A stretch of 64,000 bases of DNA, from assembly GCA_008632985.1 (NCBI GenBank), contig QPGO01000071.1:297516-361515 (forward strand), given 5' to 3'. Position numbers and translations under genes: made by a program. This document shows, piece by piece, positions 54,043-64,000 of this stretch (the stretch's first letter is position 1; every line of letters begins with the position of its first letter). A model generated the notes under the pieces. The model searched no databases and had not been told where the DNA came from. It was given only the letters and a program-made list of their open reading frames with translations. This DNA comes from Psammoneis japonica (lineage: Eukaryota).

Positions 54043-56070
54043 TTAGTTCGCAATTCCCATTTTCCGTAGCAACGCTTCATTCTTCTTTCGGGCAGGACGT
54101 ACTTCACGGTCGACGTAGCTCTCAACAAGGGCATCGTAAAATACAGAGAGTGCTTCGTCCTTCTCCGGATCCGCGTTGGTGATGAAATCTAGAAGCAACT
54201 GCCCTTGCGTTGCAATGTCCAGACCATTGTCTCCACCAATCCACGCCTCAAGGGTCTTGTCAAGGACCGGCTCGAGGAGAAAGTCGCCGTTGAAATACTT
54301 GACAAAATTCTTCGTCTTGATGGCCTTTTGGACGTTATCATGTGTGTGATGCTCGCGTAGATTCTGACTAATGTAACGAAGCATACCGTCGTCGACATCC
54401 CAGTCAAGAGAAACAGCCAACTGGGTAGCAATGGAAAAGCACGAGTTGTAAAGAAGGTCCCAAGCGCCCGTCGGTGGCACCTGAACGGAATCTACCGCAG
54501 CGGCGACTTGGTTCAACGTGTACGTTCCAGTAGAAAATCCCTCCTTGCGAAGATAAAGGAACTCAGCATCTAAAATATCATCAATGACGTCGACTACGAT
54601 CTCAACCGAAAGTTCCTCTTCTACTTGCTTGGCGCGGTCCACTTGCCAATTGTCATCATCAAAACGAAGTTGGTAGACTAGCGTTGGGCACAATTCCTTG
54701 ATGGCAGCCGCAGTTGGATAGAAAACGGCACGGAAGTGAGCATCGACAAAGATGGCGTTATCGTACTTGAGTTCCCCGCATTCATCGATGATTTCACGGT
54801 AGTCTTCGTGCTGTGTGTTCAACAAGCTCCGACGTCTGAACGAAACATTGATCGTGGGCGAGGCCGAGGGTGCGGGTGTTGGGGGGTTGGTGCGTTTGAT
54901 CGTGGGCGAGGCCGAGGGCGAGAGCGAGGCCGAGGGTGCGGGAGTTGGGGATGGTGTGGGCGGGGGAATGATAAAAGTGGGCGAGGCCGAGGGTTCGGGC
55001 GTGGGTGCGGGCGTGGGTCTAAACGTGGGTCTGGCAGAGGATTTACCCTTAGATTTAGCCTTGGATTCACCCTTGGATTTGGACTTGGATTCGGACTTGG
55101 ACTTGCCGGTGGATTTAACGGCCGTGGATTTGGCTTTGGCTTTGGCCGTCGGTGAGGAGAGTGCTCTTCCTCTCTTTGCCAATGCTCGCTTCTTCCTTCG
55201 GGCAGGACGTACTTCACGATCGACGTAGCTATCAACAAGGGCGTCGTAAAACACAGCCAGTGCTTCGTCCTTCTCCGGATCCGCGTTGGTGATGAAATCT
55301 AGAAGCAACTGCCCTTGCGTTGCAACATCCAGACCATTGTCTCTGCCAATCCACGCCTCAAGGGTCTTGTCAAGAACCGGCTCGAGGACGAAATCGCCGT
55401 TGAAGTGCTTGGCAAAGTTCTTCGTCTTGATGGCCTTCTGGACGTTTTCATGAGTGTGATACTCGCGTAGATTCTGACTAATGTAAGGAATCATACCATT
55501 GTCGATATCCCAGTCAAGAGAAACAGCCAACTGGGTAACCATGGAGAAGCACGAGTTGTAAAGAAGGTCCCAAGCACCCGCCGGTGGCACCTCGACGGAA
55601 TCCACCGCCGCGGCGACTTGGTTCAACGTGTACGTTCCAGTAGAAAATCCCTCCTTGCGAAGATAAAGGAACTCAGCATCTTCAATGTCTGGAATGACGT
55701 CGACATTAAGTTCAGCCGAAAGGTCCTCTTCTACTTGAAGTTGGTAGACGAGCGTTGGGCACGATTCCTTGATGGCAGCCGTAGTTGGATAGAAAACGGC
55801 ACGAAAGTGGGTATCGACAAAGATGGATCCATCGTACTTGAGCTTCCCGCATTTATCGATGATTTTACGGCAGTCGTCGCGTTTGGTGTTCAACAAGCGG
55901 CGATTGGGCGTCGGATCGCCAGAGCGCGCTAGAGCCCCGGGACTTAGGAAAAGAGGTCCACAAACAATCAGTTGGGTGACAAGCCGTGTTGGGTTCGTTT
56001 TTCCAAAAAGCATCTTCAACATCTCAATCCTGTTTCTTCGATGGATCCCAGTGGACTCTTCAATTGGCAC
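54043..56070 (-). CDS. Secreted protein with two tandem copies of a 240-aa domain joined by a Lys/Ser-rich and Pro/Thr-rich linker
   Basis: 675-aa ORF (true start probably a downstream Met); DNA duplication 54080-54827 vs 55190-55898; RRLL/RSLL/RAL sites. Confidence 0.8.
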   Translation of the reverse strand: MPIEESTGIHRRNRIEMLKMLFGKTNPTRLVTQLIVCGPLFLSPGALARSGDPTPNRRLLNTKRDDCRKIIDKCGKLKYDGSIFVDTHFRAVFYPTTAAIKESCPTLVYQLQVEEDLSAELNVDVIPDIEDAEFLYLRKEGFSTGTYTLNQVAAAVDSVEVPPAGAWDLLYNSCFSMVTQLAVSLDWDIDNGMIPYISQNLREYHTHENVQKAIKTKNFAKHFNGDFVLEPVLDKTLEAWIGRDNGLDVATQGQLLLDFITNADPEKDEALAVFYDALVDSYVDREVRPARRKKRALAKRGRALSSPTAKAKAKSTAVKSTGKSKSESKSKSKGESKAKSKGKSSARPTFRPTPAPTPEPSASPTFIIPPPTPSPTPAPSASLSPSASPTIKRTNPPTPAPSASPTINVSFRRRSLLNTQHEDYREIIDECGELKYDNAIFVDAHFRAVFYPTAAAIKELCPTLVYQLRFDDDNWQVDRAKQVEEELSVEIVVDVIDDILDAEFLYLRKEGFSTGTYTLNQVAAAVDSVQVPPTGAWDLLYNSCFSIATQLAVSLDWDVDDGMLRYISQNLREHHTHDNVQKAIKTKNFVKYFNGDFLLEPVLDKTLEAWIGGDNGLDIATQGQLLLDFITNADPEKDEALSVFYDALVESYVDREVRPARKKNEALLRKMGIAN

Positions 56071-56884
56071 GCATCAGAGATTGGCAAGCCAAAGCGAAAC
56101 AGAGTGTCAGAGCAGTTATTGAACGTGAAAAGAGAAAGGAAGAAAGAAGCGCAACCCTTTCCTTTGAACAATCAGAACAATGATGTTGCAGCACACTATG
56201 GCACCGGTGTGGAGATTCGTTTTTGTCTGCTTCAATGATGTCGAACATGTTGTGCGAGGAAGAAAGAAGCAAAACTGCTTACCTTTGAACAAATGACAAT
56301 GTCGGGAGAAATTCTGTGAACACAAACAAGCAAGTGATGGTGCACTCGTCGTTTCGTTTTATCAGCTTCTTCTTTTGGCGCCACTTTTTTCGAAATTTTG
56401 GCTTTTGAAATGGGTCAATGATTGAAAATTTAAAGCGACGTATTGTTGTGAACCTTTCTTCTGTTAAATGTACACATAAAATTTTTTCGTGCCTTTCTGA
56501 TAGTGCTGATAATGATTTATTAAAATCTTAAAAGTAAAACAATAATAAATTCAAGAAGGCATTAGGGACTGTCGTTGCCGTTGCGTTCCCATGTACGGCG
56601 ACGAACGTCTTTAGATAAATGTAAGGCCCTAAGTCCTTTATGGTGTACGGTATTATGTTCTCTCCATCTATTTTTTGATAGTGAATTTTGATACCGAGTC
56701 GATAGATCGCAGTTCGCATGTGACGTCAATGTACTCTCATCATTATTTTGTGGTACAAATCAAACGTAGGAAACAGCGTATGTAGGAACATATAAGATAT
56801 CCACACACGACCAGCGAGTTCTCATCGTTGGCATCACACAGCACACAACATCAATCAACGAGACATAAACCAGCAACATTAACA

Positions 56885-58680
56885 ATGACAACCACGTCGA
56901 ACGATTCTTACAGCGCCAAGGATCCGACTCGAGTGATTTTAGCACTCGACGTCGGCAGTAGTAGTGTCCGTTGTACGGCCTATCAGCTCTCGGAGAATGC
57001 TTCTACTGGAACTACGAATCTCTCTTCGCTCTACGGCTGCAGCTCGTCTCGAACGTTTTCCAGCGTGGAACACTCCTCGTCGGGTCATTTGCACGTCAAG
57101 GGACTCTTGGATGCTATTGATTTAGTGGTGGATGATGAATTGAAGCGATTGGAAGCCTTTTCCTCGGACGAGTGGCATCGTAATGTCGTGGTGGGTTTGG
57201 GATTTTCGTCCTTTAGCATGAATCTCGTGGGTATCAACGCCGAAGGAGACGTGGTGGGCAGCACGGCGTCCTTTTCGTATGCGTGCAATTCGACCCATGT
57301 CAATAACGAAGTGTTATTGTTAAAGGAACAAATGAGTGAGGACCGTTGGAACGATTTTTATCAACGCACGGGTGCTCCGCTTCATTCGGCGTACGCTCTG
57401 CCGCAGCTTCGTGCGTTTTACCGCAATCATTTAAGTGTTGCCAAACACGTGACCAAGTGGCAAACGATTGCATCACTCTGTCTATCACGATGGACGGGTC
57501 GGGACTGGGGTCCCATTTCCTATTCAGAAGCGAGTTGGACGGGTATGCTCAACTTTACCACGTGTGAGTGGGACAAGGAGGCACTCGCGCTATTGCCAGA
57601 AGCGTGCCGAGAAGCGCTGCCTCCACTCGGAGACTGTAGCTCGACCATGCTGGAGGGTGGCATTCCGGAATATCCCGAGTGTTTGACAGATGAATTGGAT
57701 GATGGACAAACCTCGTCGGTAGCGTCGGTCCGGGTGAATCCCTATTGGAACCGCTGGCCCCAACTGCGTGGTTCGGATACAGGCGAGTATTGTCGCTTGT
57801 TTTTGGGTATTGGTGATGGGGCATGTGCCAATGTCGGTAGCAAGTGTTGCACACCATCTCGGATTGCCGTGACGGTGGGCACGTCGGCTGCGGCACGCGT
57901 CGTGATCCCACTCGAACCCAATGTCGAGACTCTGCATGTTCCCTCTGGACTCTTTTGTTATCGCTTGGACAAGACACACGTGGTGTTGGGTGGAGCACTG
58001 ACGGATGGGGGGAGTGTCTTTGAGTGGTGTCGATCCCTGTTTGGATTGGATACACAAGAAAAAGTAGACGAGTGTCTCAAGGAAGTCGAGGCCTTGATGG
58101 AAACCAAATACCACGAGGCCGAGTCGTCATCGGACTCGTCTTTTCGCGAAAAACAACCGCTCGTGATGGTTCCCTTTTTGAGTGGAGAACGTAGCACTGG
58201 ATTTCGTACCGGTGCTTCGGGTAGTTTGGTGGGTTTGACACGGAAACCAACACACCGGCTCATGTTGTGTTTTGCGCCATGGAGAGTGTCGCGTTGCGTC
58301 TCAATGCCATTGTCCAACTCATCAAGCAGACTCTGCTGGATACGCATTACCACACGGTCCCACCCCGTATTGTAGCAAGTGGCAATGCTTTGCAAAACAA
58401 TGCCTTGTGGAGACAAATGATTGCCGATTGTACCGGCATGTATGTGGATATCGAAAGCGGCATCAAGGAAGCCACCAGCGTTGGTGTCGCGCGAATGGTG
58501 TCGATTGCCTTGAAAATGATGGATAAGGAGGATTCTTCGTCGTTGCCATATTTGCAAGAAGAAGAGGCCTTGGCGAATCCGTCCACGAGTGATCCGCATG
58601 CCGTGGCGACCTTTGTGTATTGGAAACATGCCGGTAAGGCTCAAGAAGATGTCATCCGAGCCTTGAGTCCGACTTGGTAA
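56885..58680 (+). CDS. FGGY-family carbohydrate kinase (gluconokinase-like); 1-bp frameshift at about 58243
   Basis: ILALDVGSSSVR, SEASWTGM, GDGACANVG, VTVGTSAAAR, GGALTDGG, PFLSGERS, SGNAL, EATSVG; adding G to CGGAAA joins ORFs 56828-58375 and 58267-58680. Confidence 0.9.
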
Positions 58681-58793
58681 CGGGGAGATGGATGTGTGTG
58701 ATTGTTGTACTACGCGCTTTTGACTGTATCAAAATCAAGCGTTCTTTGTGTAGTAAGCAGTTCTATTATTAGTATCGTCTGTATGTATGCTGT

Positions 58794-60164
58794 CTAGTAC
58801 AAAAAGGCAGGTTCCAGTTTGCCTTCTTCTGCTGCCGCCTGTAGCTTGGACAGCGCCGTGTTGCACAGTCGTCGTCCGTACTCGGCACTGACACTCATGG
58901 CCTTACCCACTTCGTTAAAGGACATGGCCTCTCCCCATTTACCCTTGGTGGGTGTCGATGTTGATGGCTGTGCTGTAGATGCAGCAGCGTCATCGTTCTG
59001 TGTCTTCATGATGCCCTGAGGTCCAAACAAATCTTCTTCTGCTTCTGCCAGGTAGTCACGAAAAGGTCGTGGTTCGGCTGGCGGGCCTTGTGCTGGCTCT
59101 TGACGATTCAAACCATATCTCCAACTCAGCGCCTCCATTTCTTTGGGACGAAGAAAGGCAGATAAACGTCTCTTCATCTGTTCCACATCCGGTGTAGTAG
59201 CAGCATCGTTGTTGCCGTCGCTGGACTGCATGAATTTTGTTGATCGTTGCATCCATGGCTCAAAGCTCGTGTATCCACCCGTATTGCGTCGTTGACGAAC
59301 TTGCAAGGCCCGAGCGAGCTGTTTGGGCGTGAGCCCGGCTTCGACGGCCAAGGCCTTGGCAGCGCTCGCCTCTTTCCAAGCCTCTTGATTGTCTCCCGTG
59401 AAATTGGACAAGATTTCGTCTCGATCCAGTTCGACACCCAACTTTTGTGCGGCGCGCGTCACCTTGAATACAGCATCCGACACGTGTTGTGGCACCCGCA
59501 GCATGTCGTCGCGTTCGGCAATGCACCGCAACACGGCCGCCCGGATCCAGTACACGGCATAGGTGGAAAACTTGGTGCCCAAGCCGGGGTTAAACTTGTC
59601 CACGGCACGTGCCAAACCAATGGCTCCCTCTTGAATTAAATCATCTCGTGACAAGCTGTTGAGACGACGTTTCTTGGAGGCGGCATTGCCAATCACGTCA
59701 GTCACACAATAGTGAACTAGGCCCATATTGTGTGTCAGGAGCGATTCACGAGCACGTCGACCGTCCTCCATGGCTTGTTCGTAAGCATCCAACTCGGTTC
59801 CATAGCCCGCAGCTTGAGCGCGAATCGACAAGAGCGGCATGGAGTTGTCGGCATTTTGGAGACGCAAATCGGTTTCCAGCTGGACGAGTCGGCGGTATTC
59901 AAAGACTTGAAACAATAGGCGTTTTTGTTGCTTGTCCGAGAGTCGTTTCGATGGTGGTGTAGAGCGCTTCTTGCTCTTTTTCGTAACGGGTGATTGGGCA
60001 CTCATGGAAAGGGGATGCAGTGGTTGTCTCGACATTGCTGCTGCAGATGATCGTGACAGCGGAGTGGATGGAGCAAAGCCTTGTGAAGGACTGCATATTA
60101 TTGAGAAAGCAAAGACTGCTACAGTAGTGAGAGCGCGTGGTCTTGGTTGTCTTGGAGGATTCAT
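58794..60164 (-). CDS. Nuclear-encoded plastid RNA polymerase sigma70 factor
   Basis: Region 2 NMGLV..DLIQEGAIGLARAVDKFNP..KFSTYAVYWIR; region 4 HTH; bipartite presequence with SQG-FAP. Confidence 0.92.
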   Translation of the reverse strand: MNPPRQPRPRALTTVAVFAFSIICSPSQGFAPSTPLSRSSAAAMSRQPLHPLSMSAQSPVTKKSKKRSTPPSKRLSDKQQKRLLFQVFEYRRLVQLETDLRLQNADNSMPLLSIRAQAAGYGTELDAYEQAMEDGRRARESLLTHNMGLVHYCVTDVIGNAASKKRRLNSLSRDDLIQEGAIGLARAVDKFNPGLGTKFSTYAVYWIRAAVLRCIAERDDMLRVPQHVSDAVFKVTRAAQKLGVELDRDEILSNFTGDNQEAWKEASAAKALAVEAGLTPKQLARALQVRQRRNTGGYTSFEPWMQRSTKFMQSSDGNNDAATTPDVEQMKRRLSAFLRPKEMEALSWRYGLNRQEPAQGPPAEPRPFRDYLAEAEEDLFGPQGIMKTQNDDAAASTAQPSTSTPTKGKWGEAMSFNEVGKAMSVSAEYGRRLCNTALSKLQAAAEEGKLEPAFLY

Positions 60165-60794
60165 TATAACAAGGTGTTGGTGGGTATAAAGAGCAGTGCT
60201 GATGTAATAATGGCAACAAAGGAGTGTGAGGAGGTGACATAGACCCATAACATGCCCCCCTGACTAACTCGGTGTCTCTGTGTCAACACCTTGTTGTTGC
60301 TGATTTGGATTCTTTTGCGCGTGTTTCGCTGACGTATCCGATATATCAACATATACGTAAATAAATAACGCTAATTGGATATGCTCAACACCCAGTACTT
60401 ATTTGCCGTGGATTTCTACAGACATGGGATGAATGTGTGATTCACAGGACACGTCATCGCGCGAAAACAGCGAGATGCGCGGATTCAGAGAAAGAGAGCG
60501 ATGGGCAGACGCCAAAGGGAACAAGCTGACGGAACGTACGCACGACAGACGTTGACAACGGATAGCTAAGCAAGCAAGCAAGTAGACGACTCCTCTACTA
60601 GTCGAGATAGAAAGCAAGTTAAATTAAGCTACTGTCGAAGTAGAAGTAGCTCTAGTAGCCAGAGTATTAGTACCCATACATAGCTAAAAATTGAAACACG
60701 AAGCTAAAACAAGTTGTCTGCAGTTGCAACTCTCTCTAGAGAGAATACCAGAAGTAGCAGGTCCAAGTAGATCAATCGAACTTTGTTCATATTG

Positions 60795-61814
60795 CTACTC
60801 GCTTGTATCCACTGTTTCACCACTCGTCGGCTCCCCAGGTGATTCCACCTGGTCTTTCTCAGCTTCACTAGCTGGTGACTCTTCTTCTGATTCGTACACG
60901 TACTCGTATTTGTCATCTTCTGGGCTTGCTAGTTTCAACGTGTTTCCAACCTCTTCGTCTCGATATCCTTTCCAAGTGTTGGAATATCCGGATGCATGGT
61001 AAAAAACCAACGGGTCCATGGCGTATATAGCTTGTCTGTTTCGTTTTGCGTGAGTATAAAACGACTTGTCTGGGCTGAGTTTCGGGTGGCCTTGTTCGTC
61101 AATTTGCGGGTGCTCCAAATCCCATAAATACCCGTCCCGGAGCGTCTTGAGATTGACTCGGGGAACCGCAAAGGCGTACGAACCAAACGAAAAGTTGGTT
61201 TCTAAAAATCTAAAAAAGGAATACCGCTTTCTCGGATTGAGCAAAAAGACGTTTTCGTCTCGAAATTGCCACGTGTGACCGCCCAACATGATCAAGAACG
61301 CATCGTCCGGCACGGCACTCCACAACTCTTGTCGATGCGTCGCATTGCAAAAGTCGGGCAAAAAGAAGCGGGCATCGTCTTCTAAAAACGTCACAACACT
61401 TTCTGGGGAATTGTCATCATCATCAAGTGCTTGTTGAAAGCATGACACATACGCCCGTGTCAAGCCAAAGCCTCGTCTCTCATCCAATTCTCCGGGACAT
61501 TGTTTGAATTGTAATATTCCGTCATTGTTTTGGCATGTTTGATTCCAGAGCTGTCGAAAACTATCCATTCTTCCCTCATTTTCGACATCCGCACCACCAA
61601 CTCCTTGAAGCGAAACGACATAGACAGTTGTTGTCTTTTTCATATGAGAATATGATACAGATGAATCGAGAGAGGAGTAGTGGTCTCTGGCTGAAGAAAG
61701 TGTTTCTATAAACACCATTTGTACCAACAGCGAGAGAAAACAACAGACAAGCATGAACCCTCCCAATACCGTGAGGAGCTTGTTTTGGGGAGGTATCCTT
61801 ACTTTTGTTGCCAT
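60795..61814 (-). CDS. Type II membrane glycosyltransferase, GT25-like
   Basis: TM anchor; YVVSL, GLTRAY, FLEDDA (DxD-type) and GSYAFAV motifs. Confidence 0.65.
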   Translation of the reverse strand: MATKVRIPPQNKLLTVLGGFMLVCCFLSLLVQMVFIETLSSARDHYSSLDSSVSYSHMKKTTTVYVVSLQGVGGADVENEGRMDSFRQLWNQTCQNNDGILQFKQCPGELDERRGFGLTRAYVSCFQQALDDDDNSPESVVTFLEDDARFFLPDFCNATHRQELWSAVPDDAFLIMLGGHTWQFRDENVFLLNPRKRYSFFRFLETNFSFGSYAFAVPRVNLKTLRDGYLWDLEHPQIDEQGHPKLSPDKSFYTHAKRNRQAIYAMDPLVFYHASGYSNTWKGYRDEEVGNTLKLASPEDDKYEYVYESEEESPASEAEKDQVESPGEPTSGETVDTSE

Positions 61815-62139
61815 TGTCGGTGAACAAGCACTGTTTTGCAGCACTAACTTGTTGCCTACATTGTATGATGTATGATTATGCGAGATTTTTTTTTCTGCAT
61901 CGGCTCGCTCATCGGGACCGTGACTCGTATTATCAGGATCAGGACCGTGGACTTATTTTCACCCCTGATCAGGGGCCTACGACGTATGTATGATACGGCG
62001 GGTCGCGAGCTTTCCTACTGTACAGTATGATACAATATTTTTTTGACGGCGACAGGACACAGGACGGCAAAGCAAGTTTATCACTGTCGTTAGTTGTTGA
62101 CAACCATCACCCTCCGTTATAATACAAGCAGAAAGCATA

Positions 62140-64000
62140 ATGTATCGAGTCGCTCTGGGGTCTATAAACTCGAGGCGAGCTCACCTTGTCTCAAGACAAG
62201 GTAGGTTAGCCTTGGCGGCAGCGTCCGCGACCGTTCTGCACGTGCGCTTCTCGTCCGACAGTAGCACAAAGACGACTCGTTTGGAAGCAAATAAGGAACC
62301 CGAAGAAAATAATAACAAAAAGGGATCCACATCGTTGGATCTTACGAAGGAATTGGAACGCGCCAAGAGTGATTTTGAGGGTTATCTGCAAACATGGGGT
62401 GTGTTTTCGGATGGTGACGGCGATGAACAGAAACAATCCGGCAAAGAATCAGAAAAGAGGACCGATGATGATTCGTTAGATGATTTAAAGGTTTCGTTGA
62501 CGGATCGACTTGAGCGACTCTTTTCGGATCACAAGCAACAAGAGCAAGATGGTGAACATGAAGAAAAGGTCAATCCTACAGCTGCCGAGAAGGCCGACTT
62601 TCTCACGAGCATGGTCAAGGACGTTTCTTCCGTTCTGTTTACCCGAAGCAATGAACGAAAAGAAAAGGCTGTTCAGAATCTCTTGGAAACCGCTCATCAA
62701 ACAATTCAAACTGGAGATACGCACAAGGAAGGGAAAAATCTATTGGATATTTTAAATTTGCTTTCAAGCAGCCTCAGTCAAGCGCACGACATGTTGCAGA
62801 AGAATTTCGGTCACATTGATCTTTCAGAAGTATCGTTGAATGCTCTGTATTACTATGTCGAAAAGGAAGACGAAAGAAAGAACCCAAGCTGGAAACGGAG
62901 GAAACACCGCTTTCATCCTGGAATAGATTACGATAGAGTGCTCGATCTGAATGATGCTCTTTATCTTGCCGACCTTGCGTACTTGGATAGTGTCGAGGAA
63001 ATCAAAGAAGGACTGGACGATTACAAAGCGCCCGTTGAAATGATTTATTGTGACACGGAAAGTTTTCCTGGGCGACCAAGTCACTTTATATTGTTGAAAA
63101 AGGACCAGAGTGTCTTGAGCTCCAATCTTGAAGTTATAATGGTGGTCCGAGGTAGCAAAACTATCCCTGACATTATCACGGACTGTCTGCTAGACGCGGT
63201 GGATTATCAGGATGGAAAAGGGCACGCCGGTATTCTCGAGTCGGGTAGGTATCTTGTAAACAAGTATCTACCTCTGCTTCAAACACTCCGAAAGGGCGCG
63301 AAGAAGCGCAAGGTAAAACTGACTCTGATTGGTCACTCCCTCGGAGCCGGGGCAGCTTCAATTGCTGGCATGGAGTTTCAACAGGTGCCTGAGATAGGCG
63401 TAGAAGTAATCGGTTTTGGGTGCCCGGCATTGCTGTCAAAAGAGCTCTCGGAAAGTACAAGCTCGTACATTACAACAGTAATCAATGATTCTGATTTAAG
63501 TGAGTGCATTCAGTGGAGGAGATTTGCTCATGTTGATGGAAAATGGAGCATGTTCTAACCTCGTCAATTTCTTTCTCAAAGTACCACGCACAAGCGGTGC
63601 GACCGTGGCAAACGCACTCCTTGATATCATGGAGTATGATTGGACCGACAAGGCCCGCGCCGACACGGAACATGCTTTACAAGAACTCCAGCGTGTGGCG
63701 CCCAGCATCCTATCCGATGATGCCCGCGAGACGATGCTCTCCACGGTTGATGCGTCCATTGAACAATTCTTAAAGCCATCCATCAAGGAACGCACCACTA
63801 AACGAATGGCCCCGGTGCTGTATCCACCGGGTACTTGCATTCATTTTTATCACGACGGACAGGGAATCAGCGCAAGCAAAGCCCCTTGCACGTTCTTCAA
63901 TGAAATCGACATTACCAGACGAATGGTGGACGATCATGTCATCGAGAGCGGCTACAAACAGGTCTTTCTTGATCTAATGCGAATTCACAAACGCGACGTG
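62140..64000 (+). CDS. Class 3 lipase (DAG-lipase-like); intron 63500-63581; runs off window end
   Basis: VRGSKTIPDIITD, GHAGI, GHSLGAG nucleophile, FGCP, DSDL|IPR across GTGAGT..CTAAC..AAG intron, LYPPG, DH. Confidence 0.9.

Noticed and set aside
54736..55238. RG/RP-rich alternative-frame ORFs
   Set aside because: Shadows of the low-complexity linker of the 54043-56070 gene
59..64000. Bacterial contig or endosymbiont origin suggested by sigma70, DUF924 and YbhB
   Set aside because: Spliceosomal introns, ER/Golgi genes and bipartite plastid presequences show eukaryotic nuclear DNA; no rRNA or tRNA genes recognised

Overview
Eukaryotic nuclear DNA, most likely a pennate diatom or related photosynthetic stramenopile. 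This is inferred from short GT-AG introns, a nuclear-encoded plastid sigma70 factor and signal+ASAFAP-like presequences. About 18 apparently functional genes sit in normal-composition islands: WW-domain protein, Asp/Glu racemase-like, an acidic/basic nuclear protein, PDI-C/ERGIC, a mucin-like secreted protein, a small membrane protein, Dabb, COPI-associated/EF-hand, YbhB/YbcL PEBP, two GT23-like fucosyltransferase paralogs, TraB, a conserved hypothetical, DUF924, a duplicated-domain secreted polyprotein, FGGY kinase, sigma factor, GT25-like and a class 3 lipase. Between them lie six sharply bounded domains (about 2.7-6.0, 9.3-11.0, 17.2-19.3, 20.4-33.0, 39.0-40.8 and 43.5-48.6 kb; roughly 40% of the window) in which the dinucleotide TA is almost absent and CG is strongly depleted. 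In-window comparisons (an intact gene vs its decayed copy, a tandem duplicate straddling a domain edge, an amine-oxidase pseudogene) show directional TpA->TpG/CpA changes on top of CpG->TpG/CpA changes. This is the reverse of fungal RIP. Surviving TA sites are mostly YTAR, implying a TAY-preferring A-to-G process, and it extends further out than CpG loss. It hits LINE relics, non-coding repeats and host-gene copies but spares intact tandem duplicates. This candidate heterochromatin-targeted hypermutation system is the main finding. It needs short-read validation, because several genes show 1-bp homopolymer deletions typical of long-read assembly error. Counts quoted are by eye and approximate.
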